This document shows, one piece after another, positions 21,230 to 29,619 of a DNA stretch of 64,000 bases. The notes beneath the pieces were generated by a model. It did no database searches, was not told the origin of the DNA, and was given only the letters and a program-made list of their open reading frames with translations. Source of the stretch: an uncultured virus (IMG/VR IMGVR_UViG_3300048442_000810). Lineage: Duplodnaviria; Heunggongvirae; Uroviricota; Caudoviricetes. The stretch's first letter is position 1. Every line of letters starts with the position of its first letter. The DNA is taken from IMG/VR virus record IMGVR_UViG_3300048442_000810. One strand, 5' to 3'. The translations under genes were made by a program, and so were the position numbers.

Positions 21230-22060
21230 TTAATCTCCTATATTTTTAGTTATATGCTTGATTGTTGTACTAAACCAAACTTCACTTACTTCAGGAACCT
21301 TTACTTTTTCTTTACAATTTTCATTCAAAAAACATTTTGCACATCTTGAAATATTAGGGATTGCTTTAAAACCTGTTTTAAAATTGTGCATTAGGAAATT
21401 TAGACCTACTCTTATATCATTTGCGTGTTCTTCATATAACTCTTCTTCTATGTGAACTTTAATAATTTTGAAATCGTGCTGATTCGTAGTAGAGAAAACC
21501 CAAAAATAAAAGTCTAAATCTTCTCCGTGCAACTCTTTATATAGCCATTTATAGTGTAATGCCTGAATCAATAAGGTTAATTTTGGTCTAAATTCACCTG
21601 CAAGGTGCTCTGTATTCCACCCAAAATCATTCCATTTGTCATCAAATAATGCCGTAGTTTTTAGGTCAATGATTGATTTTTTGCCATTCACTTTAGCAAT
21701 AATATCAGCAGTTCCTGTTATGTTTCCCCAATTCATACTTACTCCTGACTGAATATCAGTTACATTATAATGCTTTATAGCCTCTTTATAATTTTCAACT
21801 TGATTTAGCATTCTTTCATATGCTACAGATAGTTTTCCGCTTTTTAAAACTTTTGGCTCAGGTACTTCAGGATGGTATGCCGGTAATGCTCCCGTACATT
21901 TATATTCAAACCAATTACCTAATGCTTGAGCATCAGTTGTGAATCCTTTTGCCCCTTTGATATATAGGGCTTCAACTTTTAAACCACATTCTTTTTTTTC
22001 AGCATATTTAGTTAGTGCTTTTAAAAGAGATTGAGATATAGATAAATTATCAACTTTCAT
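21230..22060 (-). CDS. PD-(D/E)XK exonuclease (RecE/RecB-like partner of RecT)
   Basis: GTADII...IIDLKTT, Q...Y, C-terminal CAKC....C. Confidence 0.8.
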   Translation of the reverse strand: MKVDNLSISQSLLKALTKYAEKKECGLKVEALYIKGAKGFTTDAQALGNWFEYKCTGALPAYHPEVPEPKVLKSGKLSVAYERMLNQVENYKEAIKHYNVTDIQSGVSMNWGNITGTADIIAKVNGKKSIIDLKTTALFDDKWNDFGWNTEHLAGEFRPKLTLLIQALHYKWLYKELHGEDLDFYFWVFSTTNQHDFKIIKVHIEEELYEEHANDIRVGLNFLMHNFKTGFKAIPNISRCAKCFLNENCKEKVKVPEVSEVWFSTTIKHITKNIGD

Positions 22061-23184
22061 TATTTTTTATTTTCTTTTGGTATAAATAATATATCCCATA
22101 TTTTTTCTCCTAAATCAGCATTACATTCTGATATTAAGTTTTTATAAGTATATCCTAATTCTAATAACTTTTTGAATTTTGTTTCTATTTGTTCATCTGT
22201 AATAATAGAACCATAATCATAATCTCCCATACATTCTAAAACAATTACAGGTTTGAACTTTTGAATTATTTTTAGCCCTCCCCTAATAACATTTTCTTCA
22301 TATCCTTCTACATCTATTTTAAGATAATCTAGGCTATCTAATTTTAATGAATCAAGAGTAATTACATCTACTTCTAAATCTAACTCTAGGTCATTTTTGT
22401 TTTTCCAAGTCTTTTTTATAGCACCTCCTTGTAATATGGTTGCTCCACAATTACCATCAGCAATAAAATCTATTTTAATCTTTCCTTTTTTTTCGCCTAT
22501 TCCTTTTTTAAATGTCTTTACATTTTTACAATTATTTAAATCTAAATTTTTGTTTAATAAATCATAAGATTGTTTTAATGGCTCAAAAGAATATACTTCT
22601 TTAGATAACTTGCTTAATATAACAGTTAGTGTACCAATGTGTGCCCCAACTTCTACTACTGTAGAATTTGAATCTAAATATTTATATGCTAAATCGTGAT
22701 GATGCTCTTCCCATCTATAACCTCTTCTGATACAATCGGATATAATACATTTTTGATAAAGTTGAAATTTAGCGGTTTGCTCTTTATAGTAATTTGGTAA
22801 TTCTCGTATGGTGTTATCTAATCTAAAAGTAGCTATTTCAGGATGTAATAAGTCGAACAATTCTTCATACCAACCATTATCTCCTTCTTTAACTTTAAAT
22901 ATATCTTCATCTTCTGCCATATCTCCACTTTCGACTATTTCACAATTATTTTTTGTATAGTCATCTACATAGCCTTGCACAATATCAGCATCAATTTCCC
23001 ACATATCATCATCGTAATCGTGACAAACATCTCCATCTTCATCGAGGTATGTTTCAACAGGAGATACATTTGCATATTCTCTTAAAACTCCTTTGTCCAT
23101 ATAACTATAGTTTATACCATAGTAATTATTGTCTTTATCCTTGTAATAACAAATTTCTCCTGTATCAAATAGATGTACTAACAT
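22060..23184 (-). CDS. FkbM-family methyltransferase with acidic N-terminal extension
   Basis: VEVGAHIG, SFEP, LKIDVEGYE..V..G. Confidence 0.85.
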   Translation of the reverse strand: MLVHLFDTGEICYYKDKDNNYYGINYSYMDKGVLREYANVSPVETYLDEDGDVCHDYDDDMWEIDADIVQGYVDDYTKNNCEIVESGDMAEDEDIFKVKEGDNGWYEELFDLLHPEIATFRLDNTIRELPNYYKEQTAKFQLYQKCIISDCIRRGYRWEEHHHDLAYKYLDSNSTVVEVGAHIGTLTVILSKLSKEVYSFEPLKQSYDLLNKNLDLNNCKNVKTFKKGIGEKKGKIKIDFIADGNCGATILQGGAIKKTWKNKNDLELDLEVDVITLDSLKLDSLDYLKIDVEGYEENVIRGGLKIIQKFKPVIVLECMGDYDYGSIITDEQIETKFKKLLELGYTYKNLISECNADLGEKIWDILFIPKENKK

Positions 23185-23408
23185 AATTCTTTTCGTTTTT
23201 CTAGTAATTGTAATTCTAATTGAGTTGACCCTACTAAATCATCAGTAGCATTCAAATACAATTTGATATAATTTTTTGCAGAATTTAAATGTTTATCATT
23301 CTTACAACTTTCAATTACTTTTTCCGCTTTATTCTTTGCTTTAATAATATCCTCTATAGTGTCTATAGAAAGATATATGAGATTTTGATTTTTGTCTTTC
23401 CCTATCAT
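23178..23408 (-). CDS. Hypothetical protein
   Basis: ORF in coupled gene run. Confidence 0.6.
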   Translation of the reverse strand: MIGKDKNQNLIYLSIDTIEDIIKAKNKAEKVIESCKNDKHLNSAKNYIKLYLNATDDLVGSTQLELQLLEKRKELC

Positions 23409-23617
23409 TACTTTTTGATTTTTGATAATTTTTCTATAAGATTTAAGATTTCTTCTTTATGCTTATAGTCTGTGTTTTTTAATTTATCTGAAATATATAC
23501 AAGGTCTGTAGTTTTATCTTTTTCAATACCCATTTCTAATGCAAGAGTTGATAATCTCTTATATTTCTCAAGAATATTCCTTGTTTCAGGATTCATTAAG
23601 TCTGCTAATGTTGACAT
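23408..23617 (-). CDS. Hypothetical protein
   Basis: ORF in coupled gene run. Confidence 0.6.
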   Translation of the reverse strand: MSTLADLMNPETRNILEKYKRLSTLALEMGIEKDKTTDLVYISDKLKNTDYKHKEEILNLIEKLSKIKK

Positions 23618-23636
23618 TTTAATTTTAGTTTAATTA

Positions 23637-24059
23637 TTAAATAACAAATTTATCTGTAAGTATCACTTTCCTGCCTCTATCTTTAGTTCTTACACCTCTA
23701 AAGGGCATTTTCATTAATTCCTTTACATCTAAGATTTTTTTTAACGCAGTTAATAGTGGTAATGAACAAAAAACTATATCAACTTTCTTTTCATTATAAA
23801 GTAACTCCCACATATTAATTCTTGACATAAGTGCTTTTGATAACATAAAATCCATTTCAACTCCTGAAATATCCCTTATGTCTTTAACTACTTTTTCTCT
23901 AAACTGTACTTTAAAAAGACTTGACTCTCTAATATCACATTTCATTAGTTTACTTCCATCATCAAATGTGAATATATGTGGACTACTAAAATTTGCTACT
24001 TTGGTTCCGTTTTTAAGAGTGATTATAGAATCCTCTAAATCTTGCATACTTCTTCTCAT
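23637..24059 (-). CDS. Hypothetical protein
   Basis: NFSSPH.F.F.DG motif. Confidence 0.65.
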   Translation of the reverse strand: MRRSMQDLEDSIITLKNGTKVANFSSPHIFTFDDGSKLMKCDIRESSLFKVQFREKVVKDIRDISGVEMDFMLSKALMSRINMWELLYNEKKVDIVFCSLPLLTALKKILDVKELMKMPFRGVRTKDRGRKVILTDKFVI

Positions 24060-24067
24060 ACATCAAT

Positions 24068-24676
24068 TTAGAAAGGTAGTTTATCATCTTCTTCGTATGA
24101 AGTCATTTCATCTGTGAAATCTTCATCTTGAATATCTAAATCCATTAAGGCATTTGCTTGTTCTTCAACTAAAGAATTTGCTTGTTCTTCAACTATCAAT
24201 TCAGGAGAAGGCTTTTTTTGTTTCCAAAAATCCTCATCTCTTGTAAACCAAGATTTTAAAGTAAGTATAGAAACCTCTTTTATTAATACCGGAGTATTAT
24301 TTCCTCCTTCAGAATCATCTAATTTTGTATTAACTTGTACTCCTGCTTTCGGCATCCAAGCATACATATTGTTTTCTTTATCTTCTATTTGTATAGCTTT
24401 TTCACTTATTTTACTTACAAATACATTTTTGTTTTCATTGTAAGATTTATCCTCAAAAACACATTCTTGATTAAGAGATAAATGTAATACCTCGCATCGT
24501 GTATGAATTTTTTTATCTTGTTGAGTTTCTTTTCTTAAATGAATTATTTGTTTTTCTGAAAGTGTTCCTCTTTCTTTATATTGGTTTGATAATGACTTTA
24601 AAAAAGGATTTTCTTTGTCATAATTTTCTAAGAAGTTTTTTTCTTCATCATTTAATAGTGGTGTGTGATTGTCCAT
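24068..24676 (-). CDS. Hypothetical protein with SSB-like acidic tail
   Basis: FL.SL..Q....G.LS.KQ domain; C-terminus EEDDKLPF resembles SSB tails. Confidence 0.6.
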   Translation of the reverse strand: MDNHTPLLNDEEKNFLENYDKENPFLKSLSNQYKERGTLSEKQIIHLRKETQQDKKIHTRCEVLHLSLNQECVFEDKSYNENKNVFVSKISEKAIQIEDKENNMYAWMPKAGVQVNTKLDDSEGGNNTPVLIKEVSILTLKSWFTRDEDFWKQKKPSPELIVEEQANSLVEEQANALMDLDIQDEDFTDEMTSYEEDDKLPF

Positions 24677-24694
24677 TTTATTTATTTTATTTAT

Positions 24695-25150
24695 TTAAAA
24701 GCTAATTGTTATTTCTTTCGTTTCCCAATCTATTTCTATTCTTGTTAAAATTAAATGAGGAGCAGAATCTGATTCGTTTGGTGTGTAGTCTGTTCTTACA
24801 ATCCACTTTCTTTCATCCAAACTGAGTTTTTTTCTTTCTGTATTTTCTTGAACAGATAACGGGTAGTTAATAAAGTCATCGACCTCTAATTTGTAACTTC
24901 TCTCTCCTTCATTATAATTATCTCCCGGAAGTTCTTCTATATAATTGTAATCATATTCTAGTGCAATCTTTTCGATGATTGGAAAAATATCTGTGATACC
25001 TTGACCTTCTCTTTGATAAATTTCTGCACTCCAAGAAACTAAAATATCAATATCATTATGATAATCGTGATGTTTGTCAATCATCTTAGTGAATCCATAA
25101 AAGTCAATATCTTGATAATCTTTTAGTTTTGTTCTAAATTTAAATTCCAT
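24695..25150 (-). CDS. Hypothetical acidic protein
   Basis: 151-aa ORF. Confidence 0.6.
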   Translation of the reverse strand: MEFKFRTKLKDYQDIDFYGFTKMIDKHHDYHNDIDILVSWSAEIYQREGQGITDIFPIIEKIALEYDYNYIEELPGDNYNEGERSYKLEVDDFINYPLSVQENTERKKLSLDERKWIVRTDYTPNESDSAPHLILTRIEIDWETKEITISF

Positions 25151-25154
25151 AGTA

Positions 25155-25451
25155 TTAAGATTTTAATTCGTTATTTTCTTTTTCTTCAAGACAGTTTAAG
25201 TATGCATCATAACTAAATTCTTCATTTAGCATTTTGGTTGGAAGATAACCAAGTTGAAAAAGGTTATTGCCTAATAACTGCATATCTTCAGCATTTGAAA
25301 CTTCTCTTTTTTCTACCGGCATATCCATAAGATACTTTTGTGCATAGTATAAGGCTTGACCTATAATATACTTTCCTCGCATATTGTGAAATAATTCTAA
25401 TGCTATTTCTTTTTCTGAGTTCTCTACTTTTTTGCTTTGCTTAGTTGCCAT
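25155..25451 (-). CDS. Hypothetical protein
   Basis: 98-aa ORF. Confidence 0.6.
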   Translation of the reverse strand: MATKQSKKVENSEKEIALELFHNMRGKYIIGQALYYAQKYLMDMPVEKREVSNAEDMQLLGNNLFQLGYLPTKMLNEEFSYDAYLNCLEEKENNELKS

Positions 25452-25474
25452 AATTATTTTTTTAAATTTTTATT

Positions 25475-25762
25475 TTAGATAAATAGGAAAAAAGGGTCAT
25501 TTTCCTTTGTGCTAATTAAATCTTTAACAATAGATATTTTGAATTTCCAATCTTGATATAACTTCATATCAGCAGGTTCTTGTTGCTCTAACTCTTTATG
25601 AAATTCAATAAGTTCTTCTGATGAATAATTTTTAAGATGATTAAGTTCATAGTATTCTAACTCAGAAACTTTTTTATCATCTATAAAGTATTCCCATCCT
25701 GACTGTTTATTCTTTTCGCTGCTGCTAAAAAGAAGTTTAATAACTTTTTTCTTGTTTCCCAT
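25475..25762 (-). CDS. Hypothetical protein
   Basis: First ORF of the early-like - strand block. Confidence 0.6.
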   Translation of the reverse strand: MGNKKKVIKLLFSSSEKNKQSGWEYFIDDKKVSELEYYELNHLKNYSSEELIEFHKELEQQEPADMKLYQDWKFKISIVKDLISTKENDPFFLFI

Positions 25763-25959
25763 TTTGTGTAATTTATTAATTAACTATTTGTGACTTGATT
25801 TCGATGTAAAGATAATTAAATTTTATAATCCACAAAAAAAAATAGACATAAATTACATATTTTTATATGCAACATCAGTATTATCAGGGTATGAGAGCCT
25901 GAAATTTGTTTTTAAAAATAATTATAAAATGGCGAAAATCTTAAAAATAATTGAAATAA

Positions 25960-27321
25960 TTACTCTTTTTCGATTGGGAAATCGTGCTTTTTGAATAATT
26001 TTCTTGCACCTTGCTCGGTATCAAGTTGATGCTGAACAAACTCCGGTGATGGTATAAATAGGTTTGTTCTTTGGAATGTACTTCCTACCATATCGAACTG
26101 AGGCATTTCCTCTACCTTTTCTTTTGAGAAGCAATCATAATTAATCATCATTTGCTTGATGTATATTAACTTTGATTTAATTTGGTCTTGCCATTTAGGA
26201 TTTTTTCCTGCATTTGAAGTAGATACCGCAGATACAGAATTTCCTGATTGATTAGAAAACTCTGATTTTGATGGTTTACCATCTTTTATCCATCTTAATT
26301 TTTCACTTAAATGCTTACTTCTTTTCATTAAGAAATCACAACCATACTTATCATATCCTTTTTCTAAACTATCTACGAAATCAGGAGTTATATAATCCTT
26401 GTTTAGTTTTGGTTGTTTTACTTTGGCAATCAAAGGAGTTGCTATATCTATATATACATAGTCTAGTATTAACCTTACCGTTGTTAAAGGAAGTAAATTA
26501 TATTTTATTTTCGTAAAACCATCGAGTATGTACCCTTTTCCTTTTGGTGTAATAATGTAATTTTGAGATTGATATGGGTCAATAGTCGGTGTAAGTACCT
26601 TTTGATATACTTTACCTGTAGCTAATGTTCTATCAAATAAAAACGGCTCTAATATTTGTTCTTGATTTTCAGAAAATATTTGAAAATTCTTTATGTCGTA
26701 TGTCCTCTGAATTGTACTATACAAAAAGTCGTTGTAAGGGAAATTAGAAGTAGATATTACAGAAATATTGGGATTTGAAGGCAAAGTAGGTGCTGCGGCT
26801 GATGCTGAAGGATATACTTGTATTGGTAGCCAAATTGCTCCTCCGGTTTGACCATTTAATAATATAGATTCTACCCCATAATTATACTGAGCAGTTGTAG
26901 CAATATTTTGTGCAGCTATATATGCAGGGTCTACAATAACTCTAATTACAAAACTTGTGGATTCAAGACCATAAGGTCCATCTACTGTCCATTGTCCTAT
27001 TACGGCAAATGGGTTAGCTGCATCATTTAAATATGTAACTAATTCAGCAGTAGATATATTTGATAATTTTGGGTCGGCAAGAGAACCAACTATAAATGTA
27101 CTACCATCTGCTCTAAAAATTCTTATTGACACAGAACCATTAGAGGCTACAAGTTTAGGATTCCACCAATCACCAAGAGTATATATAGGTGACCAATTAG
27201 ATTCAAAGTTCCAAACAGTTTCCGTGCTTGTATTGGGTGCACCTAAAGCTGAAGTTTCAAAAACTGAAAATTCTTGAACTTCTGTAGAATTATTTCTAAA
27301 ACTAAATACCGATGCATCCAT
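25960..27321 (-). CDS. Large paralog of the capsid candidate with an inserted domain (turret/penton candidate)
   Basis: Y.DFL, Q.LE, QK.LTPTIDPYQ.Q, DGFT shared with 59778..60527; about 150-aa insertion after the first strands; C-terminal extension containing FSNQSG. Confidence 0.6.
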   Translation of the reverse strand: MDASVFSFRNNSTEVQEFSVFETSALGAPNTSTETVWNFESNWSPIYTLGDWWNPKLVASNGSVSIRIFRADGSTFIVGSLADPKLSNISTAELVTYLNDAANPFAVIGQWTVDGPYGLESTSFVIRVIVDPAYIAAQNIATTAQYNYGVESILLNGQTGGAIWLPIQVYPSASAAAPTLPSNPNISVISTSNFPYNDFLYSTIQRTYDIKNFQIFSENQEQILEPFLFDRTLATGKVYQKVLTPTIDPYQSQNYIITPKGKGYILDGFTKIKYNLLPLTTVRLILDYVYIDIATPLIAKVKQPKLNKDYITPDFVDSLEKGYDKYGCDFLMKRSKHLSEKLRWIKDGKPSKSEFSNQSGNSVSAVSTSNAGKNPKWQDQIKSKLIYIKQMMINYDCFSKEKVEEMPQFDMVGSTFQRTNLFIPSPEFVQHQLDTEQGARKLFKKHDFPIEKE

Positions 27322-27998
27322 TATTTGCTATTTTTTAATATTGTGAACCAATCTTGGGTATTATCATTTAAATATCCATTATTGTCTATACTTACAATTC
27401 GTTTTGTAACTCCATTACTGACATTACCTCCTATTACCTCTATATTTTTTCTTTTTCTATTAACATCTACAACTATATCACAATGTGATTTATAACTACT
27501 TTTTGTATCATAGTTTACACCCGTTTGTCTAGGATAACATATCAAATCTCCTTTTTCAGGTTTAACTTCGTGTACCTTATATCCTTTAAAGTCCGAATTA
27601 TTGTTTTGTTTTCTATTCTGAATAAAAGGTCTTATATAATTAGTATGTGCCGATGAATAAGGGAATTCGTTTCCTGCCCCACTCTTTTTCATTATGAATG
27701 AAATAAAAGCAGATGACCAAGGAGTTTTTCTATCACAACCATCATAATTTTTACCTGTTCCTTTTTTCCAATACTCTCCTACTCTATCTTTATATATAGG
27801 AGTACATTCAAACTCTCCTGATTCTTCTAATTTTCCTCCTACTATTACAGGGCTGCCCCATAGTTTCCACTCTTTATTAGCATTTGAAATAATAGCAGAT
27901 TTGAATCCACTTAAAAGATACTTTTTAAACAAAATATATAGACCTGCCGATACGACAAGACCTATTCCAACCCCTATTGCTACCTGCCCCTTTTTCAC
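27321..27998 (-). CDS. DUF2272/CHAP-like peptidoglycan amidase with N-terminal anchor
   Basis: PWSSAFIS..M..SG, P..GDLIC, SHCDIVV, IGGN. Confidence 0.75.
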   Translation of the reverse strand: MKKGQVAIGVGIGLVVSAGLYILFKKYLLSGFKSAIISNANKEWKLWGSPVIVGGKLEESGEFECTPIYKDRVGEYWKKGTGKNYDGCDRKTPWSSAFISFIMKKSGAGNEFPYSSAHTNYIRPFIQNRKQNNNSDFKGYKVHEVKPEKGDLICYPRQTGVNYDTKSSYKSHCDIVVDVNRKRKNIEVIGGNVSNGVTKRIVSIDNNGYLNDNTQDWFTILKNSK

Positions 27999-28396
27999 TT
28001 TTTAAATTTAGTATAGGCATAATATCCAATAGCAAAAAATGCAGCCCAATAATACCATTTAATAGCCTTATTTTGCATAACTCCATCATCAGCCCTCTCT
28101 TCTACATTTCCATTAAGAACTCCTCCTAAAGACTCTCCTGCCTTGTTGTATTCTAAATTTATAGTATTTGTGCCTGATGAAAAATCTTTAATAGATACAG
28201 TTTTGTTCTTATATCCAACATAAGAAATAGTAAGAAAGTCAGAAGGAAAGACATCAATGGTAAATAAACCTTTTTTATTTCCGCTTGTCTTTTTTTTATT
28301 ATCAATAATATTGCCCTCTCCATCAGTTACATAAACCGTTGCTTGTGGTAATATTTCTTGAGTTTTACTATCTACTACTAATCCGTTTGCTAACAT
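27995..28396 (-). CDS. CarboxypepD_reg-like domain with C-terminal anchor
   Basis: G.VVD..T.E.LP.ATV...G.F.I.......L.ISYVGY....V, as at the N-terminus of Bacteroidota SusC-like receptors. Confidence 0.75.
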   Translation of the reverse strand: MLANGLVVDSKTQEILPQATVYVTDGEGNIIDNKKKTSGNKKGLFTIDVFPSDFLTISYVGYKNKTVSIKDFSSGTNTINLEYNKAGESLGGVLNGNVEERADDGVMQNKAIKWYYWAAFFAIGYYAYTKFKK

Positions 28397-28401
28397 TTTA
28401 T

Positions 28402-28533
28402 TTATTTTTCCTGTGTTTCATCTATCATTTTATTGGAAATTGTTCTATGAATTAGTAAAAACACTCCTAATAAGACAACTCCTATAATTATATCTCTTTC
28501 CGCTTTCTTTATTTCTTTTTTTATACTAGACAT
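28402..28533 (-). CDS. 43-aa membrane protein (not in ORF track)
   Basis: Manual translation with IIIGVVLLGVFLLI helix. Confidence 0.55.
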   Translation of the reverse strand: MSSIKKEIKKAERDIIIGVVLLGVFLLIHRTISNKMIDETQEK

Positions 28534-28534
28534 T

Positions 28535-28699
28535 TTATTTTTTTGTTTTTTTGTTTTTCTCTGTTTTTTGGGCTTCTGCTACTTTAGATTTTATTGCTCC
28601 CGATAATCCTGTGTTTCCTTGAAATCCTTGATTTCCTATATTGCCTGAATTACCTGACCTTAAACCTAATCCTTTATTTGCTTTACCCGATAATCCCAT
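28535..28699 (-). CDS. 54-aa mini-collagen-like basic protein (not in ORF track)
   Basis: MGLSGKANKGLGLRS-GNS-GNI-GNQ-GFQ-GNT-GLS-GAI-K...; TAATG coupling with the upstream gene. Confidence 0.6.
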   Translation of the reverse strand: MGLSGKANKGLGLRSGNSGNIGNQGFQGNTGLSGAIKSKVAEAQKTEKNKKTKK

Positions 28700-29619
28700 T
28701 ATTTTCTTCCTAAAAATATGCCAAGAAGAATACCTGCTAAACCTCCTATTAACATTGAATTATCACCTTTTTTAGTAGAACTTTTATCCATCTTCTCTGC
28801 ATATTTATTGTCTTTGTCTACTTTTGCTTGAGTTTTAGCTTTATTTTTTTCATAATCAGATAAATCTTCCCATTCTTTATCAGAATATCCCCAATATTTT
28901 TTGGTATCAGAAACACTTAATTGACCTTTTTTCTTAACTTCTCCACCTTTTGCATATTTATTATCTTTTCTTCTGTAAAAATAATCTTGTGTATCTTTTA
29001 TGCCATAAGTATCAACATTATCAAACACACCTTTCTTTTCAAGTCGTTTTTCTATCATACTTGCACCTCTAAAAGTGTCTGAACTACCAACTACCTCTCC
29101 ATCATAACCACTATCTTTGTGAACAATGTATCTTTTGACTTTACCACCTTTTGCAAATTCAGAAAGAGGTTTATCAGGAAACATACGAGTTAAATTTTTA
29201 AGATGAGCATAAAACTTTTTATCTCTTTCATCTTTTAACCCTGTTGAAAATTCTAATTCATCTGCTAATTGGCTTGGTGTAAAATTGTTTGCTATCGCAT
29301 AATCATACATTCCCTGATAACCCTCTAATTCCTTTTTTACACTACCACCTTTTGCAAATCTCCCCATTTTTAATTCTCTTCCTTCTTTATAGTTTTCACC
29401 ATCAAACCATTTAGATATTTTCTCAATACCTTTTTGTAGTTTTTCTTTTAAATCTTCTATACTATCAAAAGTGAATTTGTCTTGTGTGTAATCTTCGTAA
29501 TTTCCTGTTCTGTGATAAGGTGCTTCCATATTTACATTACCGGTAAGAACTATAGTATGCTTACCATCAATACCTCTGCTATTATCAGGATTATAGTAAA
29601 ATACTTCTTGAAAACTCAT
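28699..29619 (-). CDS. KGG-linker polyprotein, C-terminal part with membrane anchor
   Basis: Three [FY]AKGG linkers; ends MLIGGLAGILLGIFLGRK; overlaps 29591..31174 out of frame. Confidence 0.75.
   Translation of the reverse strand: MSFQEVFYYNPDNSRGIDGKHTIVLTGNVNMEAPYHRTGNYEDYTQDKFTFDSIEDLKEKLQKGIEKISKWFDGENYKEGRELKMGRFAKGGSVKKELEGYQGMYDYAIANNFTPSQLADELEFSTGLKDERDKKFYAHLKNLTRMFPDKPLSEFAKGGKVKRYIVHKDSGYDGEVVGSSDTFRGASMIEKRLEKKGVFDNVDTYGIKDTQDYFYRRKDNKYAKGGEVKKKGQLSVSDTKKYWGYSDKEWEDLSDYEKNKAKTQAKVDKDNKYAEKMDKSSTKKGDNSMLIGGLAGILLGIFLGRK

Noticed and set aside
21230..22060. Cas4 of a CRISPR system
   Set aside because: No cas genes or array; proximity to recT favours a recombination exonuclease
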